From: Zootoca vivipara
Taxonomy: Eukaryota
Length of the DNA stretch: 64,000 nt
Reading direction: 5' to 3'
Assembly (NCBI RefSeq): GCF_963506605.1
Contig: NC_083288.1
Location: 33,294,001 to 33,358,000, forward strand
The position numbers were made by a program, and so were the translations under genes. Below are positions 17,526-31,629 of this stretch, piece by piece. The notes under the pieces were generated by a model. The model worked only from the letters and a program-made list of their open reading frames with translations, did not search any database and was not told where the DNA came from. The stretch's first letter is position 1. Every line of letters starts with the position of its first letter.

Positions 17526-17745
17526 AAGGGTTGCCATAAGTCCAGGATTTTCCGGAAATATCCAGAATACTGCAGTTGGCAACAGTGTCCTGGTGGAAAT
17601 CGGTAACAAATGTCTTGGAAAAAACAGGCATATGGCAGTCCATGTCGTCAGTGCTGTTTTTGCCGATTTCCCATAAAAATAGCTCAAGAAAAGCTCAACA
17701 CCTTTTTTTGTCCGTAGTTTCACTGTTTGAAATATGGCAACCCCT
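17526..17745. mobile_element. hAT-type MITE nested in an older short palindromic repeat
   Basis: TIRs AGGGTTGCCATA / TATGGCAACCC; 8-bp TSD CTTGGGAG at 17518-17525 and 17746-17753. Confidence 0.8.
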
Positions 17746-18489
17746 CTTGGGAGTAAACCTCATTTAACACAGTGGGCTTGTTTGAGTAAACCAGTTACAG
17801 GATTGGAGTGTACAACTGCAATAGGCTTTCAAGCCAAATTTATCCTGTGTATTCACAGTAGCGTTGTAGAAGCATGGGATTTCGTTCTGGGAATCTCTGC
17901 TTTTGGGGTTCCCCCCCACCCCCAATAAAAGCAAATATCGGGTCCTTAAGGTTACAAAAGTAAATGGTGAAAAGTCATGGGTGATGCTTGCTGCAATATT
18001 TTACCGATAAATATTTCCAGTTGTTATGGAGCTAGATGTTGGTACTGGGTGTTGCTCCTTGCCCTTCCTCAGGCCTAGCAGATAAAATTATGTCTAAACA
18101 AATGCATGCAAATGTAGTTAATGAATTCAAGTTGCATAATTCACCTATTCTTGAGCAGAAGTAAACCCACGTGGCCACAGCAGAGTGGGATTTAGCAAAA
18201 TTCAGGCAATAAGCTACACTAAAATGATAATCCTATACACAGTGTCACTGCTCCAACACCCTACTGACAGGGCAGGATGACTCAAGAAACAAACAAAAAA
18301 AGTCTATGCTGCACAGGGCTGCACATATCCAGTTCACAAAAATAATATGCTTTTCAGACTCTTTTCGAATTCCTATGCATCAAACGTTTGGTGGAAAATA
18401 TTTTTCATCTACATTGTATCTTCCCCACCCTTAATGACATTTTGATCTGGGGGACGTTAGCACATCCTCAGTACTAAATTGCTCTTAGG

Positions 18490-19760
18490 GTCCAGTGTCA
18501 CCACCCACAACCATTTTCTGGAGGAGTCTGAATTTTTAGGACTTCTAGCTTGCGGAACCCAACGCCTTCTTTGACATATAAAGTGACACCACCTCCAGTA
18601 CATCTTTTATCTTCTGTGCCCACGGGTCCTCTCCATTCTACCAGGTTTCTATGGTACCTACTATAATGATGCCACCCTGTAAGACTCCAGTTCATCCATC
18701 TTGGCTCAGAGGCTTCTAGTATTACCATGAAAAAACCACTTGTATACAGTATCCTTCTTCATAGAATCACAGAATTGTAGAGCTGGAAGGTAAATTAGTC
18801 CAAGCCCCTGCTACGCAGGAATATCAACTAAAGCATCTATGACAGATGGCCATCCGACCTCTGCTTTAAAAAACCCAAGGAAGGAGACTAGACTGCTGTT
18901 GGTTGCCTAGAATTGCATTAGCCTTTTTTGCTGCTGCATCACACTGTTGACTCATGTTCAGTTTATGGTCTACTCAGATCCCTAGATCGTTTTCACATGT
19001 ACTGCTGGAGAGCCAGGTGTCCCCCATCTTTTTGCAGCTGGTTATTTCTGCCTATGTGCAGAACCTTACATTTGTCTCTATTGGAATTCATTTTGTTAGT
19101 TTGGGCCCAGTTCTCCAATCTAGTCATGAATCCCTATTCTGTTTTCTGCTACCGCTCCCAGGTTGGTGTCATCTGCAAATTTGATGAGCATCCCCTCAAT
19201 TCCTTCATCCAAGTCATTTATAAAGACATTGAACAACAACAGGACCAGGCAGAACCTTGTGGCACCCCGCGTGTCACTTTTCCTAGGACGACAAGGAACC
19301 ATTAGTGAGTACTCTTTGGGCTCAATTAACCAGCTACAAATCAGCTTAACAGTAACCTTGTCCAGCCCACATTTTACCAGCTTCTCTGCAATAAGATAAT
19401 GGAGGACTTTGTAAAAAGCCAGATTTAAATCAATATACACTACGTACACAGCATTGCCCTGATCCACCCAGCTTGTAACTCTATCAAAAAAAAGATGAGA
19501 TGTCTGGCATGACTTGTTTTTGAGAAATCCATGCTGGGTCTTAGTATTCACAGCATCCTTTTCTAAGTGCTTACCAACTGACTGTTTTATCTGTATTAGC
19601 ACCTTTCCTGGTATCAGTGTCAAGCTAAGCAGTTGGTAGTTACCTGGGTCTTCTCCCCGGACTCCCACACCCCTTTTTGAAGATGGGGACAACTTCAGTT
19701 CGCCTCCAGTCCACATGGACCTCACCCCATCTCCAATAATTATCATAGATTATAGACAGA
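18490..19760 (-). mobile_element. CR1 LINE fragments (degenerate endonuclease piece 18490-18730; 3' tail plus RT 18760-19760)
   Basis: GGGVTLYVKE; PGNY..SLT.IPGKV; QHGFLKNKSCQT; FNVFINDLDEGIEGMLIKFADDTNLG; frameshifted. Confidence 0.88.
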
Positions 19761-20112
19761 GGCTTTGAGTGCCTTTGGAACTTGCAGTTCGCCCCATGGT
19801 GTTTTGCTCTTTCCGAATTGCTATCCTGTGTCCCTTGCCCTTGCCATGGCTTCTTCTACACCTCCCCCATTAAAATGTGCATCACTTTTATCACATTCAT
19901 CCCAAGGGGAAATGTGTTCCAAACTGGACCCACAGTTCCTGTCAGCTTCCCCACCCCACCTCCACCCCACCCCCAAAAATCATAGATCTGCAATTGTATT
20001 TCTGTGCTTATCACCCAAGTTTGATCAGGATGCTTTAAATTTTCTGAGCCTCCAAACACAGCATTGTACCGATTAGCAAACTGCTGTCACCACAATTTAT
20101 TATCCCCCTTGA

Positions 20113-20261
20113 GAGGTTATGGGCTCTCTTTCCTTGCAGGTTTTCGAAACAGAGGCTGGATGGCCATCTGTCATGGCTGCTTTAGTTGAGATTCCTGCAT
20201 TTCAGGTGATTGGATTAGATGACTCTGGAGGCCCCTTCCCACTCTACAATTCTATGATTCT
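20113..20261 (+). mobile_element. CR1 3' tail
   Basis: cagaggctggatggccatctgtca..gattcctgcat..ctctacaattctatgattct. Confidence 0.75.
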
Positions 20262-20289
20262 CAGAATCCACTGCAAATTCTCAGGGTGC

Positions 20290-20770
20290 AATCTGTAGTG
20301 CGGTTCAATCTCTCGCTCGCTTTTCACACGCTCGAGATCCAGCTGCGGGTGCTGGGGAGGGAGGGGGAAGAGATGCAAGCACGAAATGGAGATGCACAGC
20401 AGGCAGAACGCCAGGAAAGTTTCAGAACAGGTCACTGAGTCTAAAACGCTAACAGGTGACAACTGCCCATCCCCCCACAAGCACATAACTGAACGTCTTC
20501 CTGCAAGTAGCCGAAGCCACAGGCCGACCACATCCTGCCTCACAAAAATGGCGCCAAAGGCCTCGCCCTCCCCTCCCCCTCCGCCCTTGGTGTGTTTCTG
20601 CCCATATAAGGCAATCAATGCAGCGCTACAGCTTGCCCCACAGCCTACCATGGGAAGTCAAAGCTCAGCAGCCTAGCAACAGCTCAAGTCTGCCCCACTT
20701 GGTGGCCAGAAGGTGTGGGGAGGAAGAATCTAGTCGGTAGGTCGGAGCGAGGAGGAAAGGGAGGTGCAGG
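20290..20770. promoter_or_regulatory. CpG-enriched orphan regulatory element (YY1, CArG, CTCF-like)
   Basis: AAAATGGCGCC near 20545, CArG box CCATATAAGG 20602-20611, CTCF-like motif on minus strand 20689-20709. Confidence 0.45.
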
Positions 20771-21839
20771 TCTGGGAACTGGGACTCCTGGTTTTCTCTG
20801 CAGGAAATTTTGTGAAGCTAGGAGTTGAGGTTCTCTGAGAAAGGAGAGCTTCAGGAGAAGAGAGTAAGAATGAAGGAAGGGTTCAGACTTCTGCTTTCTT
20901 TAAAACTAGTATACATGCCCAGCTCTGCAAGGGAAGGGTTAGAGAAGGAGCAAGTAGGGGGGGGTGAATGACCCAGGATGACTATAGAATTCAGTAGGCT
21001 TGCACACGCAGAACCGTCATGCTCATCTCAAAACCAACGGCCCCCCCACACACACACCCCTTGCCAGCGGCCCCTTATCGCTCGGAGAAGATCAGTTCTG
21101 TCGGATAAGGGTGGGTCCTTCCTGTCTCATGAGGTTAAAAAGAAAAGAAAAAGCTACTGAGATGGTGGCAGCAAATCTGCCTTCAAATGATGAAACAGCC
21201 ACCTCCTTCTCCAGGGCAAAAGCAAGCCGAAGAAATGCGCAAACAAAAGCTGGTAATTGGGTGGTGTTCAAAGAAAAACCCCTCCACCTAACTTTGACTG
21301 CTCCATCTTGAAGAAGTAGCAAATTTTCCTCCATTCCCTGCTTTTCTGACCCATTCTGGCTCAAATACTATATGTGTTGGAACCTGCCCAGAGTGGCTGG
21401 GGGAACCCAGCAGGATGGGCAGGGTATAAATATGATGATGATGATGATGATGATGCTTTAGAAGACACACACACACATGTCCTTTTTTCAAAAGCTGCAC
21501 CTTACTCCAGCATTTTTTATTATTATTTTTGCTTTAACCACCGCCCCCCTGGAGTTTTTTGTGCCTTGTGCCTTGAACTGGGTAGCCATATTTATTCTGT
21601 CCTTGAAAAGGGGCTCATGGCCATTGATCATCTGAGTCCTTTATTTATTTATTTAGTTAGGTTTTTTGGGGGGGTTTTGTTTTTTTTTAAAAAAAAAAAC
21701 ACCTTCCCATCTTTGTGGCACTAGCCTTAGGAGGCAACTTCTCATTAGACTCATTTCACAGATGAGAACTGAAGCAAAGAGAGAGTGACTTGCCCAAGGG
21801 CACAGTGCGAATCCTAGGAGGGTTGGGGGGATCTTAGAT

Positions 21840-22078
21840 CAGGGGTCAGCAACCTTTTTCAGCCGTGGGCCAGTCTACTGTCCCTCAGACCATGTGGTGA
21901 GCCGGACTATTTTTTTGGGGGGGGGGGGAATGAACGAATTCCTATGCCCCACAAATAACCCAGAGATGCTTTTACATTCTACTCATGTAAAAGCACACTG
22001 ATTCCCAGACCATCCGTGGACCAGATTTAGAAGGTGATTGAGCCGCATCCAGCCCACGGGCCTTAGGTTGCCTACCCA
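21840..22078. mobile_element. hAT-type non-autonomous DNA transposon
   Basis: CAGGGGTCAGCAACCT ... AGGTTGCCTACCC imperfect TIRs. Confidence 0.7.
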
Positions 22079-22841
22079 TCCTCGTTCAGGTCTCTTGCCT
22101 ATGGGGCCACTCCAGCCTTGGGCTCTTAAATCCTCCAGATATACACCTTTATATACAATATCCCAGCTGCACTTCTTTTTCCCCCAAAAAAAACCCTGAA
22201 ATTGCTTCTCTGAGGAGAGGGGGGGAGGAATGTTTCTAAGAAAACGATGAAACTGCAGCTGGCTCTGGTGACAGTCCCAGCGACAAGTATGCAGGGAGTT
22301 GAAGTCCCTTCACCCACACCCACCCCAACATTCACTCACTTTCTCAGGTTTTGATTTGAGCCCTTGCTGAGACCACTCTGCCCTACCCGCCCCACACTGG
22401 CCTGCCCCCCCCCCCAAGTTTTGAGAGAATGGGGAAGTGAAGGGAACGGTATAACTGGAGAGGAAGCAGGTGGGGTTTCTGATGGGGATGGGGAGGCTTA
22501 CAAAGGCAGGCCTTTTTTAGCTCAGCCAATAAAGCAGAAATTTGAAATCCTGGGGGGCTATGCACCCATGACATCTCCCACCCGGGTTGAGAGGCTCAAG
22601 TGGTAACTGCAGCGTTAGCCCTAGAGACAAACTCCTAAGAAGAGCCCGCTGGGAAGCTTTTGGATTCATTAGAAAAGTGCCTCCAGCAACATTGTGCAGC
22701 TTTTAATGTTAAATTATTTTCATACATATATCCCAATAAAAATGACTTTAGAAGAGGTATTCTTAACCCCCCCCCTCCCAATCTTCAGCGCAACAGGAAA
22801 TGGGGCCCCAGGAAAAGTATTGTGGGCATCAAATAACAGTA

Positions 22842-23029
22842 CAGTGGTACTTCGGTTTAAGTACACAATTGGTTCAGGAAGTCTGTACTTAACCTGAAGC
22901 GTACTTAACCTGAAGTGAACTTTCTCGTTGAAAGTAATGGAGAGTGGATTAATCCGTTCCAGACAGGTCCGCGGAGTACTTAAACTGAAAGTACTCAAAC
23001 TGAAACGTACTTAAACCAAGATATGACTG
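22842..23029. mobile_element. Tc1/mariner (Tigger-like) MITE
   Basis: TA|CAGTGGTACTTCGGTTTAAGTAC ... GTACTTAAACCAAGATATGACTG|TA. Confidence 0.75.
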
Positions 23030-24957
23030 TACTTGCTGTTCGGAAAAAGCTGGTTTTCTTCATACGCAAATTAATGCAGACTCAATTAATCCGTATCAGC
23101 TTGATGACTCATTGGCAAAGTTACCGTATCCATTTCAATTTACTTACAAGAAATTCTTAATAAAATAAGAAATGTTTCTTTCGTCAGATGCAGTCCTACT
23201 CTTAAGTCCTGCCTGTTATGCAACACAGTCAGCCTCTTTATGGGGCCTGCTCTTTCTCAGCAGCCTGAAGTTAAGCAAGTGGTGCTTTCCCCATCATTGT
23301 ATCTGAAGGCTGTGGGAAAAGCCTCAGTTGCTAAATGCCAGGATGCTTTAAGGACACACTAGGACAAAAAAAATTGAGGGGGGGGGCACGAGAGAGACAC
23401 TCTGAGAATGCCCTCCCCTAAATTCTCTATCATTTATGCTGTGGTAAAAAAGGGGAGGCAAGTGAATTGTGGGGTGGGAGATTTGTCAGGGTTGAAGACC
23501 AAATTCTAAAACAATTTCATGTTCTAAAACAGGCATGTACCTGAGGTAAAATTGCCTTCAAACAACCAAACTGGGCAGCCAAACCTTAAAACTAGAAGAG
23601 CTTCACCTCCCTGCCCCACAAATCCCCCAACACTTTTTGGGAGCCAATAGGCTGCAAAATGACTAGCACAGATGGCAAGGGAAGGTTAATAACATGGCAG
23701 AGTGGGGAGACTTGCCATTTTTGTGACCTTTTGTGGCAGGCTGCTGCTAGACATTCACCTGCTCTTTAGAAAACAGGGTCAACAAGGCTGCTGAGGCAGC
23801 GACAGCCGCAGGGAACAGCAGCAGTCAGTGCTGGGTCAATAAGGATGAGAGTGGAGGAGATGGCAACCCTGATGGGATCCACCTAAGGGGACAAGATGAG
23901 AGATCAGAAACTAGAGGCCTCTTCCCTAGTTAAATCCAGCCCTTTGAGGGGTCTGATATGCCGCCAGCAGCACTAGTTGCCTACAGAGAGGTGTGACGGG
24001 AAAGGCAAATGTGGGCAACGGGACTAGCTGGGGATGGACCCTGACTCACCAGCCTCCCTCCCTCTATGTGCCCCCTAACAAAGGGGACTATCTTAATGGG
24101 GCTGCTTCTAGGTTTTTTGGGGGGTCCCTGGGGAAAGGACCCTCTGGAGGACCCCCTCATCCACCACTGGGACCTGGTGGGTTTATCTGGCAATGGAGAC
24201 AGCAGCATGTCTCCAGCAGTGCCGGGCAGCTGAGTCAAGCCTCCATTTTAGTTTCTCACAATGCCCCCAATGTGGCATCACTACAGAGCACTGTAGGATA
24301 TTTAAATGGTGGCTACACTCAGCTCCCCACCGCACCCCAGAAGCATTGTCTGGAGTGCCAGGCCAACATGTTTTTGTTTTCTTAAACAGGGAACAAAGGC
24401 ATGTGTCCGCAATGGACGCTACCGAGATGTTGTGAACTCAACAGCTCCCTAAGGACACCAGGTGTTGAAACTCACCCAACTGTTTAATACCGTTTAGCCT
24501 GATGGTGCCTGCTTTGAATGGCAGCAGCTCTCTCCTGAGTCCCAGGGCAGAGGTCATTTCCAACATCCACTACCTCAGAGATGGGGAGCCTTTGGTCCTC
24601 CAGGTGTTACTGGGCTTAAGCTCCCATCAGCCCCAACCAGTATGGCCAACAGTCAAGCATGATGGGAGTTGGACCACTGCAATGCCAAGAGGACCACAGG
24701 TCCATCCTTGTTACGAGGTCCTTTCAACTGGAGACGGCAGAGTTTGGATCTGGGACCTTCAGAATGCTCTACCACTGAGTTATAGTCTCTCTTCCCAAAG
24801 TAGAGGCTCAGAAGCAAAGATGAACCAGATGATATCAAACTGCAGACTGCTTTTAACGTAAAGTGGTTGAGGAAACAGGAGGGTTACAAGGCTTACAACT
24901 GCTTAGCTCGTTTTTGTCCTCCTTGCTAGGTCCACCAACTTCGCTCATGTTAAAATA

Positions 24958-24989
<32 letters not shown>
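24958..24989. repeat. (CA)n microsatellite
   Basis: Direct read. Confidence 0.95.
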
Positions 24990-24991
<2 letters not shown>

Positions 24992-27900
24992 CGCAAATAA
25001 GCCTCTCTTCCTAAGCCCCCTCTCCCCAATTCTTAAGCAGCTGTGTGACAGGATTGTGACCTTGGGCTGTTGCCATGTGGGTACAGCAAAGGCCTTACTG
25101 AGCAAAGGAGACTGTGAATTTGAGGGGAAGGGGGAGGAGCCTGAGCAAGGCAGACTACGCATGAGACAAGAGACAGACCGATGTGCGAGCCTGCCTTTGC
25201 TTTTCCTCTCTCAGGCTCTGGGCAGGATGTGGTTGCCCCGTCTCTCTTCTGACAAATGTTTCTGGGTCTCTGCAGTTCCCTCTCCCAGGCTAAGCTGAAA
25301 CTCCCTGCAAAGAGGGGAGAACACAAGCATATAGGGCAGGGTGACCTAATATGTGTCAAGAACAGAAGTGCCTGCTGACAGAGCCATCTAGCCAGGAAGA
25401 AGTTTCTAGAAAGCTTCCAGGCCGGGCATAAAGGCAACAGGTCTTCCTCACTGTTGACACATCCTGCTGGCACACACACAGCAGCAGTCATTAACTGGCA
25501 TGGACTTATATCTCCGTCCATGGAGATTCTGTTTACCCATCACCACCGCTCTATGAATTGGGGCTGTTCTGAATCTCCTGCCAATCAGATTGAGAGTGCC
25601 TCCAAATTATTGTGTTGAAGGGGGACAAAGAAACAAACTTTATTTCCCAGGTGGACAGTACAAATTTCATTAGCCTCTGTCCTATCTAATCTAGAGAAAC
25701 ACAACACTCTAGCCTTCTTCATACCGCAAGTCTAAATAATGGAATTTGCTCCCAGAGAAGGCAAGAGACTGACAAAAACTTGGGTGGGTTCCAAAGAGAA
25801 TTAAACAGATTCGTGCATAATAAGGCTACCAATGGCTACTAGCTACAATGGCTATGTTCTCCCTCCACTGTCATAGGCAGCATGCTTCTGAAGACCAGCT
25901 GCTGGGGAGAAGCTGTTACACTCAGGTCCTTCTTGCAGATTGCCTGTAGGCATCTGGTTGGCTATTGTGAGAGGATGCTAGACCCCCTCCTTAACACCTG
26001 CATACTCCCCACTGCCCCAAGGTCTGACGAAGCCCTTGGCAAGTTCCACTTGTTCCCTCTGATAGCAAATTCTGTCACCCCGGTAGGACTAGCGGTTCTT
26101 CAAGTCAAGTTGGGACCCACTGCTAACCGCCAGCAGACCCTAATGCTTCTCCTTCTTCCTACTGCCAAGCAGCAGAACCTCTGCTCAGCTTACACTTTCC
26201 CTCTGAGTGGCAAGACAGACATGTGCCAGAGGCACAAGACAGGAAAGTGGGCAGCCGAACAGTGGGGAGTGAAGAAAACACTCTACCTCGACATGTACTC
26301 TCCAAGTGGTGATACAGAAATGGCCCAGAGGTAGGAGGCAGGGCAGCAGAACAGTAGGGAGTGAATAATGAGTGCTTCTCAAGAGAGGGGGACAGAGAAC
26401 ACCTCACCCAAGCCAGTTCCTCCAGAAAAAAAAATGCCTGAAGTTGACATTAGACCTCAAGACAGCAGAGGGGTGAAGCAGACCCACCCAAAAAGCACAG
26501 CAGGTTCTGGAGAACACATGCTAGATACACTTTTAAAAACATTGGACATGGGAACCAATTTAACATGCATGTCTGTTTATCATGTAGCGCAGGGCTGGGG
26601 AACCCTCGACCCTCCAGCTGCTGCTGAACTACATCTCCCATCAGCCCCAGCCAGGGTGGCCAATAGTCAAGGCCAATGGGAACATGCATTGTTCCTCTTC
26701 TCCATTTTCTCCTCACGACAACCCTGTGAGGGCTGTTAGACTGAGACAGAGCAATTGGCCCATGGTAACTCAGCCAGCTAGCTTCAAGGCTGAGTGGGTG
26801 TTAAAAATGAGGAAGCCCCCATGCAAATCTTAACACTTGAATCCCCACTTCATGTGGGATTTGTCCCTAGATACTTTTCAGACAGACGAATACATTTTCT
26901 AATCATGTTGTTATTTTTTAATTTTTATAATTATGTCATCTCTCTTTGAACACATAACTGGAAAAGCAGGCTGTTATTATTATTAATTTTTTTAAAATGA
27001 TGACTCGATACAAGTCACTGTCAGCCAGCCATCACACCCAAGAGTTTGCCAAATAGCCATAGCTTGGTGGTAGAGCTGAAGGTTTAACCCCTGGCAACTC
27101 CAAATAAGCCAGGAAAGACTCTTGTCTGAAATCTTAGGCAAGAGTGTTGCTGCCAGTAGGTGTAGATCACGGGTAGCTATGCTACGGCTCACCAGCTATT
27201 GCTGGCATGATTTTCCATCGCTACTTTGGAAAGTAACTGATGAGGGACACAACAATAAAAAAAGATTGACAGCAAAAATCATACCCTTGTTTTCACGGTT
27301 GATTTTCCTAATGCTTCTTTGTACTATTTCTTGAGAACAGCACACAGTGTTTACTTCCTACCTCAGAACAGGAAAATGCATAGAGGAGAGTGACAAAAAG
27401 GACTGGCAAAAGAGCAATTCATAAAACTGATTGCCTAATTCAAGTAATTATTTAATAGGGGTCAGGGGGTTGCTACAGTAGTACATGAACTCGTGAATTG
27501 GACTGAAACAAGTGACTGAGGAGAAAGCAGGGGAATGCCACCAACAGCACTTGGTAAAGAGAGAAGACAAATGAGTCTTAAAACCAAAGTAAGGCGACAT
27601 TCTACTTAACCAGTACTTCACTCATTTTTAGAACTCACTACTGCAAAATGGTGTGTGGGGTTGGTCAACCATTTCTGTGGCTTCCACAAAGAAAGAAATA
27701 ACCCAGTGATGATTAATCAAGGTGGCCGAGGCACCTAGCCAAGGAGTTTCCAAACTTTGCAATTTAGTCAGAAGAATAAAATCTCAGGTCCTGGAAAACC
27801 TCCCATTTAAGGCCTCTGCAACAGAGATTCCCAAACGTTGTCATGATTCGTTTCCACAATATGCAGCTGGGAGCAGTTTGATTCTGCTTTTAGCATTTAA

Positions 27901-29459
27901 AACCTTAAACAACTTGGGATCAGGCTACCTAAAGGGTTACCTCACCCCATATATCCCTGCCCAACAACTATGCTCCTCAAATGGTGTATTTAGTTTGTCC
28001 TAGAAACTGGGCTTTTGGTGTGGCCAACTCCAGCATCAATTCCCAACTTCATGATGTTTGGGTGCCTACTGAAGATATCTTTGTTTAACATCTTTGTTTA
28101 AGGCTTTCCATAAGAACCTGTAGGAATGGTTTCATTGCTTTCAGAGCCTGCAAGAACGGTTTTGTTTTTAGAATTTGTATTTTTTTGTGTTTTGTTTTTG
28201 TCTTGTTGCACACAATGGCCTCAGGCTGTAAAGTTGTTTTTATACATATGTAAAAGTAAGAATAAGAATTCAGAGGTAGAACCCTTTGCTTTGTATGAAG
28301 AAGGTTCTGTGTTCAATCTATGGATTTAACCATTTTAGAAGGATCAGGTGGCAAGCAATGGAAAAGACCCCTGCCCGAGACCCTGGATAGCTGTTGCCAG
28401 TCAGAGTAGACAAAACTGGGCTAGGCGGACTTTCTATGTTCTTTCTATGTTCTCATGTTGGTGGGGAAATGTTTAATTCCTCTTGCTGCAGAGCTATGGT
28501 CTGCTGCTGCTGCTGTCCGGATACCATAATTTTCATTTCCCCGGGGGTGGATTTTGCTTCTGGGCACCAAGAAATGGAAGTGACAGAAGCCTTTTCTCTC
28601 AGCTAGCCATAGCTCAGAAAATGGAATCACCCATGGTGCGTAGACCCTCCAGCCCTGCTAGATCAGCCCATTTAATTCAGCACCCTGCTTCCCAGGTATC
28701 AGCTAGATGTCTCTTGGAAGGTGCCCACAGGAAGGTACTGAAGGCAATAGTCCTCACCTGTTGTTGCCTCCTGGTGGCTGGAATTTAGTGGCCAACTGCT
28801 TGAGGTAAGGGGAAGGAAGTTCCACACAGGCACCAGCATGCCACCAAATGCCCACCGAGCTTCTCCAACCAGCCATAAAGCCTGACCTCACCATCCTTAA
28901 TCCCTGCACTTTTCTCAGTTGGTCACAGCAGTAGACAGTTGGGGCCACGTGTTCTTATTACACTGCAAATGCCTCGGGAAGGGCAAAACCTTACTCTTGC
29001 TTTGGGGAAAAGAAGTAGAAAAACAGAGGTCCCAAATGCCTCAATACCTGACCATACTTTCTACTGCTTTCTGATGCAAGAAATGAATGGGTGCTTCTAG
29101 TTGTTAAAGGGTGAACATTTCAGCTTCTGCAAGCATCATTTCTTGGCTTGCCTAAAATGAAATAAATAAATAACCCCTTCTCCTCATCAGATAAGATGTC
29201 CTGGTAAGCTCTGAAAGCAACAGTGAGGGAAGACTGACTAATGTTATGTTGCCTAGGGGATGCGGGGTGTTTGTGTGAGTCTAGTTGCTGATTTCACTGA
29301 AGAAGCCAAGACAGGCCTAGAGAATCTCCATTCTCAATTGAGTGGTGGAACTGCAGTCTCTCCACTTCCTAATCCATTCAGCACACATGCATCATGGGAA
29401 ACACAAAGTTGTACAATGCACAACAACAACAACACACACACCTTTAGCAGAGCAATCCC

Positions 29460-29620
29460 TGACAAAACTTCCGGCCGGATTCCAATACCGTTCTTGCTCA
29501 TAAAGCAAGTTAAAGCAGGGAATTAGCCGGAATACAGACTCCCAAATTGTAGTTTCATGAGAAACTTACCGAGCTGGGCTTGGTGCCCACGTTTACCACA
29601 GAGAAGAGCACTTCCTCCTT
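29460..29620. promoter_or_regulatory. Candidate haematopoietic enhancer (ETS, RUNX and PU.1 motifs)
   Basis: ACTTCCGG 29467-29474, ACCACA 29595-29600, CACTTCCTC (PU.1 GAGGAAGTG) 29609-29617; motif evidence only. Confidence 0.35.
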
Positions 29621-31493
29621 AGAAAACGGAACTAGGGAGAACCTGGAATCATGTAATGAGATCTCATTGAATATGGGAGCAAAGCAGGGGTGGGAGAGGG
29701 AGGGGGTGTGCTTTTCCAGAAAGGGTGGTGGTCGAGGAGGAGGAGAGATGAGATATTGGAGTTCCAAGATCAGACCTCCCATAGCTTGACATTTATTTTG
29801 AAAAGGGGCCCCCAAGTTGGATTGGGGTGAGTATTTATGAGAGTCAGTGTGGAACAGTGCCAAGTGTTTAACAAGGCTTGGGATGGCTGGGCTCAAGTCC
29901 CCACTCAGCCACAAAGCTCTCTGGGTAGGCACTATCTCATCCTAGTCTACCTCACAGGGCTATTGCAAGAACAAAATGGGGATGGGGGTGTACAGTGGTC
30001 CAAGCTCTCTGGAGGGAGGGGTGGCATAATTTTTTTATAACAGATATAATAGTTTTGTAACTACTGTTAGTTTAGTGTACTATTACTGACTCCAATGTTG
30101 TTTTGTGATTGTTCTCTATCTTTTGAACCTTCAGGGGTGGAAAGGCAAGATATGTATTGCTTAGGCAAGTCAACCAAGTATATTACTCATTGAGTACAAT
30201 AGATAATCGGCTCTCTGCCACCTACACTATCTTTTTGCACATACCTGTCCCCTAGCTAGTATTCTGCACAGGTCTCAAGATGGGAGAGCCTTAGGCTTCT
30301 AGGGGGAAGAAGGCATCCCTGAAGGCACGCTCTTCCATTGTCTCCCAAGACAGATGGATGCCAGCAAAAACATGGGATCAAGTCTGCCAGATAAGCTGAT
30401 TTAGTCCTGCCCCCTACACCCAACACTGGCTAGCCAGGTGCCTCAAGGCCTATTGGGGGGATGGCTTTAAATGATTATTAGACAATTTAATGAAGGATAA
30501 GACTGTCAATGGCTACTATCAGTTGGTAGCAACTGCAGGTGGGCAGAGTGCTACTGCACTCAGATTCTGCTTGCAGTCTTGCCATGGGCATCTGGTTGGA
30601 GTAGATGGGCCATTGACCTACTCCAGAAAGCTCTCCTTGTTTTATTCAGGGAAATCTCTGATAACCATGCCAATTATGCCACCTTCAAACCAACAGAACG
30701 TTTTAGTGGATATATTTCTGCACATTATGCCTGCAGAAAAAAATGTGAGGTATGGTCCACAGATTTTACACAACCCAAGTTGAAGGGGGGGGGGGGAGAG
30801 TGTTCCAGCAATTATGACACCTTCCAGCTGTCACATATCTAGTCTTCTATCTCAGCCAACTTATTTTTCCAGTGCCCCCACACTTTCCAAAACCTTTACA
30901 AATGCACTACTCCCACCTCCAAAACTGTGTGATTTCGAATTGTAACAGGTTGGGTTAGGGTTGTATTCAGAATTAGGTGCAGACATGTATTAAAGAGTAG
31001 GCTCCCACATTATAGCACGTCACAAGCAGATGGCAGGAAGAATTAAAAAGAAGCATCTGCTAGAGAGGTCTGCCTAGTAAAAGGAAGCCATCATCTCAGG
31101 ATTTGAGGGGGGAGCAGCATTCACCATTCCTATTCCCTTGCATCCAGTTTTCCCCGAGCCACTGCTTTTCTGTCTCTCCCTGCTCCCCAGAGAGTCCTGG
31201 AATTCTCCAGAAGCCTTATCATGGTTACTCAATGAGAAGTGTGGAAGAGTTGCTCAAAAGAGAGCTTGCCCATCTCAGACATTTGCACGTTGTAAGCTGT
31301 CTCATGTAAATAAAATTGAATTGAAGTTCCTTATATCAGGTTAGCCTCTTTGTCCACCTGTTATCAGGGCGGGTGTCAAGAGAAGAGCAGAATTAACTCA
31401 CACGGTGGCAGTGAAGTTAACTCTCTTTAGTCAAAGAAACCAAACAGCTCAGGAGGCCAAGCTTAGTGAATATAATAATGCTTCCATGTAGAT

Positions 31494-31629
31494 CAGGCAT
31501 CCCCAAACTGCGGCCCTCCAGATGTTTTGGCCTACAACTCCCATGATCCCTAGCTAACAGGACCATTGGTCTGGGCAGATGGGAATTGTAGTCCAAAACA
31601 TCTGGAGGGCCGAAGTTTGGGGGTGCCTG
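31494..31629. mobile_element. hAT-type MITE (same family as 13097-13229)
   Basis: Near-identical to the 13097 copy; 8-bp TSD ATGTAGAT at 31486-31493 and 31630-31637. Confidence 0.9.
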
